Assembly (NCBI GenBank): GCA_045534855.1
Contig: JAZSKL010000002.1
Location: 1-30,113, forward strand
Source of the DNA: Acutalibacteraceae bacterium
GTDB taxonomy: Bacteria; Bacillota; Clostridia; Oscillospirales; Acutalibacteraceae
DNA: 30,113 nucleotides
Direction of reading: 5' to 3'
In this document: positions 1-8,769 of the stretch, in pieces
Layout of the letters: each line of letters begins with the position of its first letter
Numbering within the stretch: position 1 is the first letter of the stretch
Program-made: the position numbers and the translations under genes
The notes under the pieces: generated by a model
What the model was told of the DNA's origin: nothing
Seen by the model: only the letters and a program-made list of their open reading frames with translations
The model's database searches: none

Positions 1-1412
1 TCCGACTTTATCTGCGGTTCAAACTGGAACGGAGTATAAGGCTTCGGCACAAAGCTTGAAACGCTTATTCCTACATTTACCGACTTACCCTTTGGACGGT
101 TTGGTGTATCGTAATATGCGTTTACTATTTTCTGGCCAAGCTCTGCTATACCTCTTAAATCATCGTCCGTCTCGGTCGGAAGACCTAACATAAAATAAAG
201 CTTAACCTGCGTATATCCACCCTCAAAAGCAGTACGGCAGGTGCGCAGTATCTCTTCCTCTGTTATATTTTTATTTATAACATCGCGAAGTCTCTGCGTG
301 CCGGCTTCAGGCGCAAAGGTGAGTCCGCTCTTTCTTAAATGGCTTATTTTTTCAAGCAGTTCAGGTGAGAAATTATCGATTCTCAATGACGGCAACGACA
401 TACTTACCTTTTCCTCATTAGTCCAATCAAGCATATCATTAAGAAGCGGTTCAAGCTTGCGGTAATCGCTTGTACTCAAAGAAGAAATCGAAATTTCATC
501 ATAACCCGTATTTTCGCAAAGAGTTCTTGCCTGTTTATTGATAACCTCGGGGCTTTTTTCTCTTACGGGGCGGTATATAAATCCTGCCTGACAAAATCTG
601 CAACCTCTTATACAGCCTCGGAAAATTTCCTGAACAGCACGGTCATGAACTATTTCAATATACGGAACAACAAAGCTTTCGGGGTAATGCGCCTTATCCA
701 AGTCCTTGATAATACGTTTTTTAACGGTTTTTGGAGCTGTATCCTTTGCGGTAACACTCGCTATTGTACCATCCTGATTATAAGAAAACTCATAAAGACT
801 CGGTACATAAACGCCTTCAATCAAAGCAGCTTTTTTCAAAAACTCTTCCTTGCTGTAACCGTTATTTTTAGCCTCTTTATAAAGGTCGATAAGCTCGAGG
901 TCTACCTCCTCGCCCTCGCCAAGGAAAAATAAATCAACAAAATCGGCAAGAGGCTCGGGATTGCAAGCACAAGGACCGCCTGCAACCACCAAATTTTTAA
1001 GTCCCTTACGCTCACTCGCTTTAAGCGGTACACCGCCAAGATGAAGCATATTAAGCAAATTAGTATAAGAAAGCTCATACTGTAATGTAAAGCCTATAAT
1101 ATCAAAATCAGATAAAGCATCCCTGCTTTCAAGCGCGAAAAGCGGGATTTTTTCGTTTATCATAACCTTTTCGAAATCCACCCACGGCGCAAAAAAGCGC
1201 TCGCACCAAATATCCTCACGCTCATTAAAGGCGGAATAAAGTATTTTCATTCCAAGATGCGACATTCCCACCTCATAGGTATCGGGAAAACAAAACGCAA
1301 AGCGCACATCTACCTTTTCCTTATCCTTTACAACGCTGTTAAGCTCACCGCCTGAATAACGACCCGGCTTTTGAACGGTAAGCAACAGCTCTTCCAATCG
1401 TTTATTATCCAT
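1..1412 (-). CDS. TIGR03960-family radical SAM protein, 3' end beyond the window's left edge
   Basis: Translated by hand. ATG at 1412-1410 behind AGGAG gives MDNKRLEELLLTVQKPGRYSGGELNSVVK...FAFCFPDTYEVGMSHLG. The CxxxCxxC motif EIFRGCIRGCRFCQAG lies at 614-591, and FVPKPYTPFQF lies near the left edge. Same frame at all points checked; missing from the ORF track because there is no stop in the window. Confidence 0.9.
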   Translation of the reverse strand, partial: MDNKRLEELLLTVQKPGRYSGGELNSVVKDKEKVDVRFAFCFPDTYEVGMSHLGMKILYSAFNEREDIWCERFFAPWVDFEKVMINEKIPLFALESRDALSDFDIIGFTLQYELSYTNLLNMLHLGGVPLKASERKGLKNLVVAGGPCACNPEPLADFVDLFFLGEGEEVDLELIDLYKEAKNNGYSKEEFLKKAALIEGVYVPSLYEFSYNQDGTIASVTAKDTAPKTVKKRIIKDLDKAHYPESFVVPYIEIVHDRAVQEIFRGCIRGCRFCQAGFIYRPVREKSPEVINKQARTLCENTGYDEISISSLSTSDYRKLEPLLNDMLDWTNEEKVSMSLPSLRIDNFSPELLEKISHLRKSGLTFAPEAGTQRLRDVINKNITEEEILRTCRTAFEGGYTQVKLYFMLGLPTETDDDLRGIAELGQKIVNAYYDTPNRPKGKSVNVGISVSSFVPKPYTPFQFEPQIKS

Positions 1413-1413
1413 T

Positions 1414-3318
1414 TTATTCTCCTTTTTCTAAACTTTCAGCGGCAATTTCCCATTCGCTCATAGCATCGGTAAGTGCCGCAGAAAGCTCTTCACGCTTTTG
1501 TTCAAGTTCATTAAGCTTTACATAATCACTTATATTTTCTTCCTTGCAAAGTTCATTTTCTATATCGCTTAATTCCTGCTCAAGTCTTGCAATTTTTTCC
1601 TCCGCCTTTTTAAGTGCGCGCTCACGCCTTGCCTTTTCTTTAAGCGGAGTTGTAAAGCTTTTCTTCCCTGCCGTTTTCTTTTCCTTCGGAATATTTATCT
1701 CTTCAAGCTTTATACTTTGAAGCTGTTGCTCATATTGCTCATAGCCGTATTCATAAAGCGTAGCAGAGCCGTTTTCAAAAACAAGCAGCTTTTCGGCAAG
1801 TCTTTTAACAAAATAACGGTCATGGGAAACGAATATCAATGTACCGTCATAACCCGTAAGCATTTCTTCAAGCGTTTCCTTACCTATAATATCCATATGG
1901 TTTGTAGGCTCGTCAAGAATAAGCACATTGGGTTTACTCTTAAAAAGCTTACAAAGTGCCAGACGAACACGCTCGCCGCCCGAAAGCATATCAACCGTTT
2001 TAAAAACATCCTCACCGCTGAAAAGAAATGCTCCCAAAGCGCTTCGGCATTCAAAGTCATTAAGGTGGGGATAATCGTTCATAAAGTTCTGCAAAACCGT
2101 TTCATTACCGCTGTAACGCGCCATTTGCTGGTCAAAATATCCTACCTTAACACCGCCGCCGAAATGAAAGCTTCCGCCAAGCGGTTTTATTGCACCTACA
2201 AGCGTTTTCAGCAGGGTTGATTTTCCAAGCCCGTTACCGCCGATAATTCCTATACGGTCGCCCCGCAACACATCAAAGCTTACGGTTGAAAGGGGTCTTT
2301 CATACCCTATATCAAGTTCCTTTACCGCAAGAACATCGCGGGCAGAACGGGTTTCGGCTGAAAAGGCCAAATGAAATGTGCGCTTATCCTCATTCTCGGG
2401 AGCATCGATTTTATCCATACGCTCAAGCTGTTTGATTTTAGACTGCGCCATAGCCGCCTTGGTTGCCTTATATCTAAAACGCTCAACAACCTGCTCAAGA
2501 TGGGCAATTTCACGCTGTTGCGCCTCATACTGTTTTGACAGCAGCTCTCTTCTTTCTTTTTTCTGCTTTACAAAATCGCTGTAATTACCAACATAACGCT
2601 GTGTTTTGCCATGTTCTATTTCGTAAACCGTGCTGACCGTTTTATCCAAAAACATACGGTCATGGGATACAATAACAAACGCCTTTTTATAGCTCTTCAA
2701 GTATTCTTCAAGCCAACGTACTGCCTCAATATCAAGATGGTTTGTAGGCTCATCGAGCAATAAAAGGTCAGGCTTGGAGAGAAGCAGTTTTAAAAATGCA
2801 ATTTTAGTACGCTGTCCCCCCGAAAACTGCGAAAGCGGTTTATATTTTTCTTCATCGGTAAAGCCAAAGTGACGGATAGCCGCCTCATACTCCTTTTCAA
2901 AGTAAAAACCGCCCATATTATTAAAGCGTTCAAGCAATGCAGTATATTCCTCTATTGCACCGCCGTCATTACCGCTTTCCATTATAGTTTGAAGCTCTGA
3001 AAGTCTCGCTTTCATTGAAAGGATTTCACTATATGCCTTACGCAGTTCACCTACAAGCGTTTCACTGTCATCCTCAAAGGTCATCTGGTCAAGCACACCG
3101 ATAATAGGCTTCCCCGAAAAAGCAAAGCTGCCGAGTTTTCCGTCCTCTCGCTCGCTTATTTGCAATTCACCTGAAATCAGCCTTAAAAGGGTTGTTTTTC
3201 CGCAACCGTTGCGACCCACAACACCAATACGGCTTTCGGTGTTTATTTCCATATCTATCTGTTTTAAAATCGGCTCACCCGAAAGGTCAACCGCACCGTT
3301 GCTTATTATAAGTTGCAT
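1414..3318 (-). CDS. ABC-F family ribosome-associated ATPase (two NBDs, linker, C-terminal coiled coil; YheS/YdiF/Uup-like)
   Basis: Two Walker A motifs (GRNGCGKTT, GGNGLGKST), signatures FSGGQ and LSGGE, DEPTNHLD and DEPTNHMD, no TM segments. Start reassigned to ATG 3318 (MQLIISNG) behind AAGGGG rather than TTG 3381. Confidence 0.93.
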   Translation of the reverse strand: MQLIISNGAVDLSGEPILKQIDMEINTESRIGVVGRNGCGKTTLLRLISGELQISEREDGKLGSFAFSGKPIIGVLDQMTFEDDSETLVGELRKAYSEILSMKARLSELQTIMESGNDGGAIEEYTALLERFNNMGGFYFEKEYEAAIRHFGFTDEEKYKPLSQFSGGQRTKIAFLKLLLSKPDLLLLDEPTNHLDIEAVRWLEEYLKSYKKAFVIVSHDRMFLDKTVSTVYEIEHGKTQRYVGNYSDFVKQKKERRELLSKQYEAQQREIAHLEQVVERFRYKATKAAMAQSKIKQLERMDKIDAPENEDKRTFHLAFSAETRSARDVLAVKELDIGYERPLSTVSFDVLRGDRIGIIGGNGLGKSTLLKTLVGAIKPLGGSFHFGGGVKVGYFDQQMARYSGNETVLQNFMNDYPHLNDFECRSALGAFLFSGEDVFKTVDMLSGGERVRLALCKLFKSKPNVLILDEPTNHMDIIGKETLEEMLTGYDGTLIFVSHDRYFVKRLAEKLLVFENGSATLYEYGYEQYEQQLQSIKLEEINIPKEKKTAGKKSFTTPLKEKARRERALKKAEEKIARLEQELSDIENELCKEENISDYVKLNELEQKREELSAALTDAMSEWEIAAESLEKGE

Positions 3319-3349
3319 ATAATACCCCTTAAAATTATCTATCTTTTTT

Positions 3350-3378
3350 ATGATACTACAAAACATTAATTTTTGCAA
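3350..3378 (-). promoter_or_regulatory. Putative sigma-A promoter for the ABC-F/radical SAM pair
   Basis: On the minus strand: TTGCAA (3378-3373), 17 nt, TATCAT (3355-3350), about 30 nt upstream of ATG 3318. Confidence 0.5.
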
Positions 3379-3387
3379 CAATTATGA

Positions 3388-3416
3388 TTGACAAGTGTAT
3401 ATTTATGTGATAAAAT
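3388..3416 (+). promoter_or_regulatory. Near-consensus sigma-A promoter with extended -10 for the RpiR-MFS operon
   Basis: TTGACA (3388-3393), 17 nt, TGa-TAAAAT (3411-3416). Confidence 0.75.
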
Positions 3417-3421
3417 CACAT
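3405..3421. promoter_or_regulatory. Perfect 7-3-7 palindrome over the -10 box, candidate operator
   Basis: ATGTGAT-AAA-ATCACAT overlaps the TAAAAT -10 hexamer. Confidence 0.5.
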
Positions 3422-3463
3422 TCGTGCTTTTCAAAATTGAGATTTTTTCAAAAGGAGGTATAT

Positions 3464-4315
3464 ATGCAAAACAATATTTTTGCCGAACTTAAATCGCAAT
3501 ATGATTTTTTAACCAAGACCGAAAAACGTATTGCGGATATTCTTCTTAATTCGCCTCAATATTTCATTAACTATTCAATAACACGCCTTTCGGAGTTTTC
3601 GGGCGCTTCACAAGGAAGTATAAATAATTTTGCAAAAAAAATTTGCGGTGGTGGCTTTGCCGCATTGAAGCTACGTGTTGCCGCCTGTCTTTCCTCATTT
3701 AACGAAAAACCGTTTGCCACAGCGGATAACGCACAGGGTATAAAGGGCGCACTTGAATTGAAAGTCAATGACTGTATAACCGCCTTTAAAAACACGCTGG
3801 CGGTTAACGAAGAACAAACACTTAAAGCGGCAGTCGATATGATACTTTCTGCAAAGCGTATTGAAATATACGGTACATTCAGTTCGGGTATAGTAGCAAA
3901 CGATTTTTGTCATCAGCTCATACAATTAGGTATACCTACCGCCTACGTGGCGGACTCACTTATGGCTTCGGTATCAGCTTCCATGCTTGATAAGGACTGC
4001 CTTGTAATCGCCGTTTCATCCTCCGGTAGAACCAAAGAAATTATAGACAGCGTCAGAATAGCTAAAGAAAACGGTGTTAATGTAATCTGTATGACCGCCG
4101 ACAAAAGTTCCCCCTTGGCAAAAATGTCCGAAACCGTACTTGTAGCCGCCGCAAGCGATATTGCAATAAGCGAACGGATGAGTGAGATACGTATGTCACA
4201 GCTATTCATTATAGATGCGCTATGCTCTTACATAAGAAGCATAATTTACGAAAACGGTAAAGATAAATATTATAAGCTGCTTGATATTATAAATTCGCAC
4301 AGCATAAATGATTAG
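3464..4315 (+). CDS. MurR/RpiR-family transcriptional regulator (HTH + SIS)
   Basis: N-terminal LTKTEKRIAD...ITRLSEFSGASQGSINNFAKKICGGGFAALKL HTH and a SIS domain (IYGTFSSG, AVSSSGRTKE, MTADKSSPLAK). Start at ATG 3464 behind AGGAGG. Confidence 0.9.
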   Translation: MQNNIFAELKSQYDFLTKTEKRIADILLNSPQYFINYSITRLSEFSGASQGSINNFAKKICGGGFAALKLRVAACLSSFNEKPFATADNAQGIKGALELKVNDCITAFKNTLAVNEEQTLKAAVDMILSAKRIEIYGTFSSGIVANDFCHQLIQLGIPTAYVADSLMASVSASMLDKDCLVIAVSSSGRTKEIIDSVRIAKENGVNVICMTADKSSPLAKMSETVLVAAASDIAISERMSEIRMSQLFIIDALCSYIRSIIYENGKDKYYKLLDIINSHSIND

Positions 4316-4326
4316 AGGTTCTTTAT

Positions 4327-5532
4327 ATGTCATTATCAAAACAGGCTAAAAACGCATTTTTTATAGGCACTCTTTGCTCCACCTCCTACCTTGCAGTGTA
4401 TTTTTCAAGAAATACACTCGGTGCGGTAAAGCAATCAATGGTGAATGACGGCGATTTCACCTTTGAACAAACCGGTCTTTTCTCCTCACTGTTTTTTATA
4501 GCCTATGCAATAGGTCAGCTCATAAACGGAATAATAGGAGATAAAATTAAAGCAAAATATATGATAAGCTTCGGTCTTATTCTTGCCGGTATTAGCAACC
4601 TTGTTTTCTGTAACGCAGGCAGTAATTACATAGTTTCTGCCGTTTCATACTGCTTTACAGGCTTTTTCCTTTCTATGATATACGGTCCTATGACCAAAGT
4701 GGTTTCGGAAAATACAGAACCTATCCACGCAACCCGTTGCAGTTTAGGGTATACACTCGCCTCCTTTTTAGGTTCGCCGCTCGCAGGTATTATAGCCGTA
4801 TTTTTAAGCTGGCAGGCAACCTTTGCCGCAAGCAGTTTAGTACTTATTGTAATGGGTATTATCTGTTTCAGCATATTCCGGTTGCTCGAAAAAAAAGAAA
4901 TAGTAAAATACGGTCAATACAAACGCCAAAAGGGTGCAGGCGGCGGTTTAAAGCTTCTTATAAAGCGCCAGATAATAAAATTTACAATTGTTTCAATGCT
5001 TACGGGAATTATACGCACTACCGTAGTTGAGCTTCTTACCTCATACTTTGCACAATACCTCCATTATAACGATAAAAATTCCAAGCTTACATTCACCGCA
5101 ACAACATTTATAATATCTTTAACCACCTTTATTTCAATATTTATTTACGAAAAATTAGGCAGAAACATAAACCGCTCTGTTCTGATATTCTTTTTCTCCT
5201 CCGCCGTTTTCTTTATGCTTGTTTTTATTGTAAAATTACCGATTTTAAACATTGCATTTTTAGTGCTTGCAATAATGTCTTCAAACGCCGCCGCCACTAT
5301 GCTGTGGAGCGTTTACTGCCCTAGTCTTTACGATACGGGTATGATTTCCTCTGCAACAGGATTTTTGGATTTTGTAAGCTATATGTCAGCAGCCGCATCT
5401 GCCGCCATATTCCCGTTGCTTATAAAGCCTATAGGTTGGCACGGTCTTATTGCCGTATGGTTTGCTATAACCGCAATAGGCGTTATAATATGTATTCCAA
5501 TTAAACAAAAGCATAAAACCGAAACGGCTTGA
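4327..5532 (+). CDS. MFS transporter, resembling the organophosphate:Pi antiporter/sugar-phosphate (GlpT/UhpT-like) group
   Basis: 401 aa with about 12 hydrophobic segments, YFSRNTLG in TM1 and the GQLINGIIGDKIKAK loop motif; 11 nt downstream of the RpiR gene. Substrate class is inferred. Confidence 0.8.
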   Translation: MSLSKQAKNAFFIGTLCSTSYLAVYFSRNTLGAVKQSMVNDGDFTFEQTGLFSSLFFIAYAIGQLINGIIGDKIKAKYMISFGLILAGISNLVFCNAGSNYIVSAVSYCFTGFFLSMIYGPMTKVVSENTEPIHATRCSLGYTLASFLGSPLAGIIAVFLSWQATFAASSLVLIVMGIICFSIFRLLEKKEIVKYGQYKRQKGAGGGLKLLIKRQIIKFTIVSMLTGIIRTTVVELLTSYFAQYLHYNDKNSKLTFTATTFIISLTTFISIFIYEKLGRNINRSVLIFFFSSAVFFMLVFIVKLPILNIAFLVLAIMSSNAAATMLWSVYCPSLYDTGMISSATGFLDFVSYMSAAASAAIFPLLIKPIGWHGLIAVWFAITAIGVIICIPIKQKHKTETA

Positions 5533-5557
5533 TATAATACAACTTGTTATAATATAT

Positions 5558-5594
5558 AAAAGTAGTGGGCTTAATTCAATCGCCCACTATTTTC
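5558..5594 (+). terminator. Likely intrinsic terminator, possibly bidirectional
   Basis: AAAAGTAGTGGGC - 11-nt loop - GCCCACTATTTT. A second weaker hairpin TATCTAAACA...TGTTTAGGTA follows at about 5596-5621. Confidence 0.7.
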
Positions 5595-5637
5595 ATATCT
5601 AAACAGCTTTTTGTTTAGGTAAAAACATCAAAAAGGG

Positions 5638-5668
5638 TTGACTTGAACCCCTAGGTGCAACTTATAAT
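5638..5668 (+). promoter_or_regulatory. MerR-type promoter architecture (19-bp spacer with dyad)
   Basis: TTGACT (5638-5643), 19 nt, TATAAT (5663-5668). Dyad TTGAACC-CCTA-GGTGCAA matches at 6 of 7 positions and starts at the edge of the -35 box. Confidence 0.55.
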
Positions 5669-5703
5669 AATTCACATTTAGTTCATTTTTATTAAATTAG
5701 CTA

Positions 5704-5732
5704 TTGAATTTTAATATGTAAAGTGGTAAAAT
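5704..5732 (+). promoter_or_regulatory. Putative sigma-A promoter with extended -10 for the polysaccharide operon
   Basis: TTGAAT (5704-5709), 17 nt, TGg-TAAAAT (5727-5732). RBS AAGGGAG lies upstream of ATG 5842. Confidence 0.6.
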
Positions 5733-5841
5733 AAGTTAGAATAGTACGATTATAGCTATTTTACCCTAAAATTTTTAATATAGTTTAGAAATATTTAATA
5801 TTTTAACTTTTCTTTAATGAAAGGGAGCGACCTTTAAAATT

Positions 5842-6618
5842 ATGGCTAACAAAGAAAACATTAACAAGGAATATTATACGATAGACCTGTTACATATTGC
5901 AAAAAGTATGTGGAAACGGGCTTGGCTTATAGCTGTATCTGCCTTTCTTTCGGCAGTAATAGGCTTTTGTATTTCGGCATTTTTAATTGCACCAACCTAT
6001 TCATCATCAATTATGCTTTATGTTAATAACAGTTCTTTTTCACTCGGTAATACAAGCTTCAGTATAAGCTCTTCTGAAATAACAGCCGCACAAAGTCTTG
6101 TAAAAACCTACGGCGAAATTTTGAATAACCGTACAACATTAGAGCGTGTTATTGAAAAAGCAGATGTTGATTATACCTATCGCGAGCTTTCTGATATGAT
6201 AGTTGCCACCCCTTCAAACGAAACCGAGATTATGAAGGTTACTGTAACTACTGAAGACCCGAAAGAATCCGAAAGAATAGCCGATTGCATTGCAGAGGTG
6301 CTTCCCATAAGAATCGCTGAGATTATTGACGGTGCTTCTATGGAGGTTGTTGACTCGGCGGTTGCAGAATACGAAAAGGTAGCCCCAAGTATAACTAAAT
6401 ATACCGCTGTAGGTATGTTTTTAGGTGTTTTGATTTCAGCACTCGGAGTAATAGTTGCAGCATTACTTGATGATACTATACATGATGATGACTATATTTT
6501 AAGAACCTACGATTACCCCATCCTTGCAAAAATCCCCAATCTTTTAAATGTTTCTAACAAACAATACTCATATTATTCAGATAGCAAGAGTAATAGCAAC
6601 AATAAAAAAAGCACATAA
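5842..6618 (+). CDS. cpsC: Polysaccharide co-polymerase / chain-length regulator (CpsC/Wzz/YveK-like)
   Basis: Starts YYTIDLLHIAKSMWKRAWLI, has two TM segments flanking an extracellular loop, PTYSSSIMLYV and VAPSITKYTAVG motifs, and precedes a BY-kinase. Confidence 0.9.
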   Translation: MANKENINKEYYTIDLLHIAKSMWKRAWLIAVSAFLSAVIGFCISAFLIAPTYSSSIMLYVNNSSFSLGNTSFSISSSEITAAQSLVKTYGEILNNRTTLERVIEKADVDYTYRELSDMIVATPSNETEIMKVTVTTEDPKESERIADCIAEVLPIRIAEIIDGASMEVVDSAVAEYEKVAPSITKYTAVGMFLGVLISALGVIVAALLDDTIHDDDYILRTYDYPILAKIPNLLNVSNKQYSYYSDSKSNSNNKKST

Positions 6619-6638
6619 CGGAAAGCCGGTGATAGTTA

Positions 6639-7394
6639 ATGTCATTTCTTCATAAGAGGCGTTCAGCCACATTTTTTACCCACAATGAAAATTCCAAAAC
6701 ACTTCATAAAAACCTCGAATTTACCGCAACAGAGCAATATAAGCTTTTAAGAACAAATCTTGAGTTCACCCTACCCGAGGGCGATACCTGCCCTGTAATA
6801 GGTGTTACAAGCTCTATGCGTGGCGAAGGAAAAAGTACAACAGCCATAAACCTTTCGTATGTACTTGCAGAAAAAGGCAATCGTGTACTTTTGATTGACG
6901 GTGACCTGCGTATTCCTTCGGTAGCTAAAAAATTAGAAATCGAAAGTAATCCGGGTCTTACCGACCTGCTTATGGGTAAAGGTGCGCAAATCGGTGATTT
7001 TCAATCGCAGATTTTAACTAACTGGTACATACTTCCCTCCGGAAGTATCCCACCAAACCCTTCGGAGCTTCTCGGTTCAAGAAGAATGGAGGCTATTCTT
7101 CTTGATTTAAGGAATAAGTTTGATTATATTATCATCGACCTGCCCCCCGTTAACCTTGTATCCGATGCGCTTTCCATATCAAACCTCATCAGCGGTATGA
7201 TAGTTGTAATACGCGAAGATTATACCGAAAAGAAAGAATTGGAATACTGCTTCAGGCAATTAAAGCTTTCTGAAACCAATATTTTAGGTTGTGTAATGAA
7301 TGAAGCAAAATCCGGCAACACTTCTTACGCTAAATACAAAAAATATAAATACTATAAGTATTATCAAAGCCGGTCCGCAAAAGAAAATGTATGA
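6639..7394 (+). CDS. cpsD: CpsD/CapB-family bacterial tyrosine kinase
   Basis: EQYKLLRTNL, Walker A GEGKSTT, A' LIDGDLR, PPNPSELL, Walker B IIIDLPP and a C-terminal tyrosine cluster. Confidence 0.93.
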   Translation: MSFLHKRRSATFFTHNENSKTLHKNLEFTATEQYKLLRTNLEFTLPEGDTCPVIGVTSSMRGEGKSTTAINLSYVLAEKGNRVLLIDGDLRIPSVAKKLEIESNPGLTDLLMGKGAQIGDFQSQILTNWYILPSGSIPPNPSELLGSRRMEAILLDLRNKFDYIIIDLPPVNLVSDALSISNLISGMIVVIREDYTEKKELEYCFRQLKLSETNILGCVMNEAKSGNTSYAKYKKYKYYKYYQSRSAKENV

Positions 7395-8080
7395 TAGATT
7401 GGCATAGTCATATATTACCCGCTGTTGATGACGGCAGTAAGGATATCAAGGAAAGCCTTGCTCTTTTAAGGTTGCTTGCAAATCAAGGATGTGATATCTG
7501 CATAGCCACACCTCACTTTTTCGCTAATGACGAAACTGTTGATAAGTTTTTAGAACGCAGACAAACAGCTTTTGAAAGCATCCAACCCGTTCTTTTCAAA
7601 AAAGCGCCCAAAATTTATCTCGGTGCCGAAGTAAAGTATTATAACGGAATAAGCCGAATGCAAGACCTTGAAAAGCTTAAAATCCAAAACACAAAAAATC
7701 TGCTTTTAGAAATGCCTTTTTCTAAATGGACTGAATATACTTTAAGAGAGCTTGATGAACTTTCTCGAACAAAAAGCTTTAAAATAGTATTGGCTCATAT
7801 CGAAAGATACCTCAACTTCCAAAACGCAGACACATTTGAACGCCTTTTGGAAAACGGTATTCTGATGCAAGCAAATGCAGGTTTTTTCAACGGTTTTTCA
7901 ACTCGCCGAAAGGCGGTTTCAATGTTGGGTAATTCGCAAATACATTTTATCGGTTCTGATTGCCACAACACCTCTTCTCGTCAACCGCAAATAGGTAGTG
8001 CCTACAAAATTATTGAAAAAAAATTAGGCACAGAATTTGTTAATCAGTTTAATGAGTACGGTTACTCCGTACTGTTATAA
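7391..8080 (+). CDS. cpsB: CpsB/CapC PHP-family tyrosine phosphatase
   Basis: DWHSHILPAVDDGS, ATPHF, LAHIERY, GSDCH; 4-nt overlap with cpsD. Confidence 0.92.
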   Translation: MIDWHSHILPAVDDGSKDIKESLALLRLLANQGCDICIATPHFFANDETVDKFLERRQTAFESIQPVLFKKAPKIYLGAEVKYYNGISRMQDLEKLKIQNTKNLLLEMPFSKWTEYTLRELDELSRTKSFKIVLAHIERYLNFQNADTFERLLENGILMQANAGFFNGFSTRRKAVSMLGNSQIHFIGSDCHNTSSRQPQIGSAYKIIEKKLGTEFVNQFNEYGYSVLL

Positions 8081-8112
8081 AATTCAAAATTTATTTATAC
8101 CGAAAGGATGAA

Positions 8113-8745
8113 TTGAAAATGAAAAAAGTATTAGCTCTTTGTCTCGCATTAGCACTTGTTTTAAGTTTAGGTGTCAGCGCTTTTGCTGCAAAAGGTGCTT
8201 TTATTCAAAGCCCCTCAAACAATCAGAGCCCTGTAGTGGTTGGTTTTAACGGTGGTAACGGCTGTTTATCCAGACCTATCGTTACAGGCTACGGCGACCG
8301 CGAAAGCTTAAGCCCCGAGGACGTAGCAAAAATTGAAGAAGCTTATAATGAAATCGCCAATGCAAATAACCCCGGCAATCTTGTCAGCGGTCTTGGTGAA
8401 GGCAACTTCGCTATCAGCGACCTCTTTGATTTAAGCTTCTCTGATTGCGGTCAGAATCATGACGGTCACGGTAATTTTGATATTACCTTAAAACCTGAAA
8501 CCCTCAATAACTTCCACGCACTTATCCGCAAAACCCAAAACGGTTGGGAAATTGTAGAGAATGCTACCGTAAACGGTAATCACCTCCTCTTCACTGCTGA
8601 TTCCGATGCTGTTTACGCTATAGTTGTTGGTACAAAAACTTCCTCTCCGCAGACAGGTGACAGCTCCAATATTACACTTTATGCTGTATTTATGGTAGTT
8701 TGCGCTGCAGGTTTTGTTTTCAGCTGCAAAAAGTTTGCAAAATAA
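8113..8745 (+). CDS. Small sortase-substrate cell-wall protein of unknown function
   Basis: Sec signal (MKKVLALCLALALVLSLGVSAFA; alternative ATG at 8119). C-terminal SPQTG at 8644-8658 is followed by a hydrophobic helix and a KKFAK tail. Confidence 0.8.
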   Translation: MKMKKVLALCLALALVLSLGVSAFAAKGAFIQSPSNNQSPVVVGFNGGNGCLSRPIVTGYGDRESLSPEDVAKIEEAYNEIANANNPGNLVSGLGEGNFAISDLFDLSFSDCGQNHDGHGNFDITLKPETLNNFHALIRKTQNGWEIVENATVNGNHLLFTADSDAVYAIVVGTKTSSPQTGDSSNITLYAVFMVVCAAGFVFSCKKFAK

Positions 8746-8769
8746 TAATTAAAAAAGGTAACAAATTTT

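Noticed and set aside
241-932. Plus-strand ORFs 241-465 and 645-932
   Set aside because: Antisense shadows of the minus-strand radical SAM gene, which has clear family motifs.
1717-2584. ORFs 1717-2220, 2322-2528 and 2378-2584
   Set aside because: Nested in or antisense to the ABC-F gene; no motifs or RBS.
4889-4896. A8 tract in the MFS gene as a slippage switch
   Set aside because: The frame is intact and A-runs of this length are expected at this base composition.
3571-5030. Short ORFs overlapping the RpiR and MFS genes
   Set aside because: Alternative-frame or antisense shadows with no recognisable features.
5533-5841. Invertible (phase-variable) capsule promoter or an ops/JUMPstart element
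   Set aside because: I found no long flanking inverted repeats, no recombinase gene and no ops-like motif.
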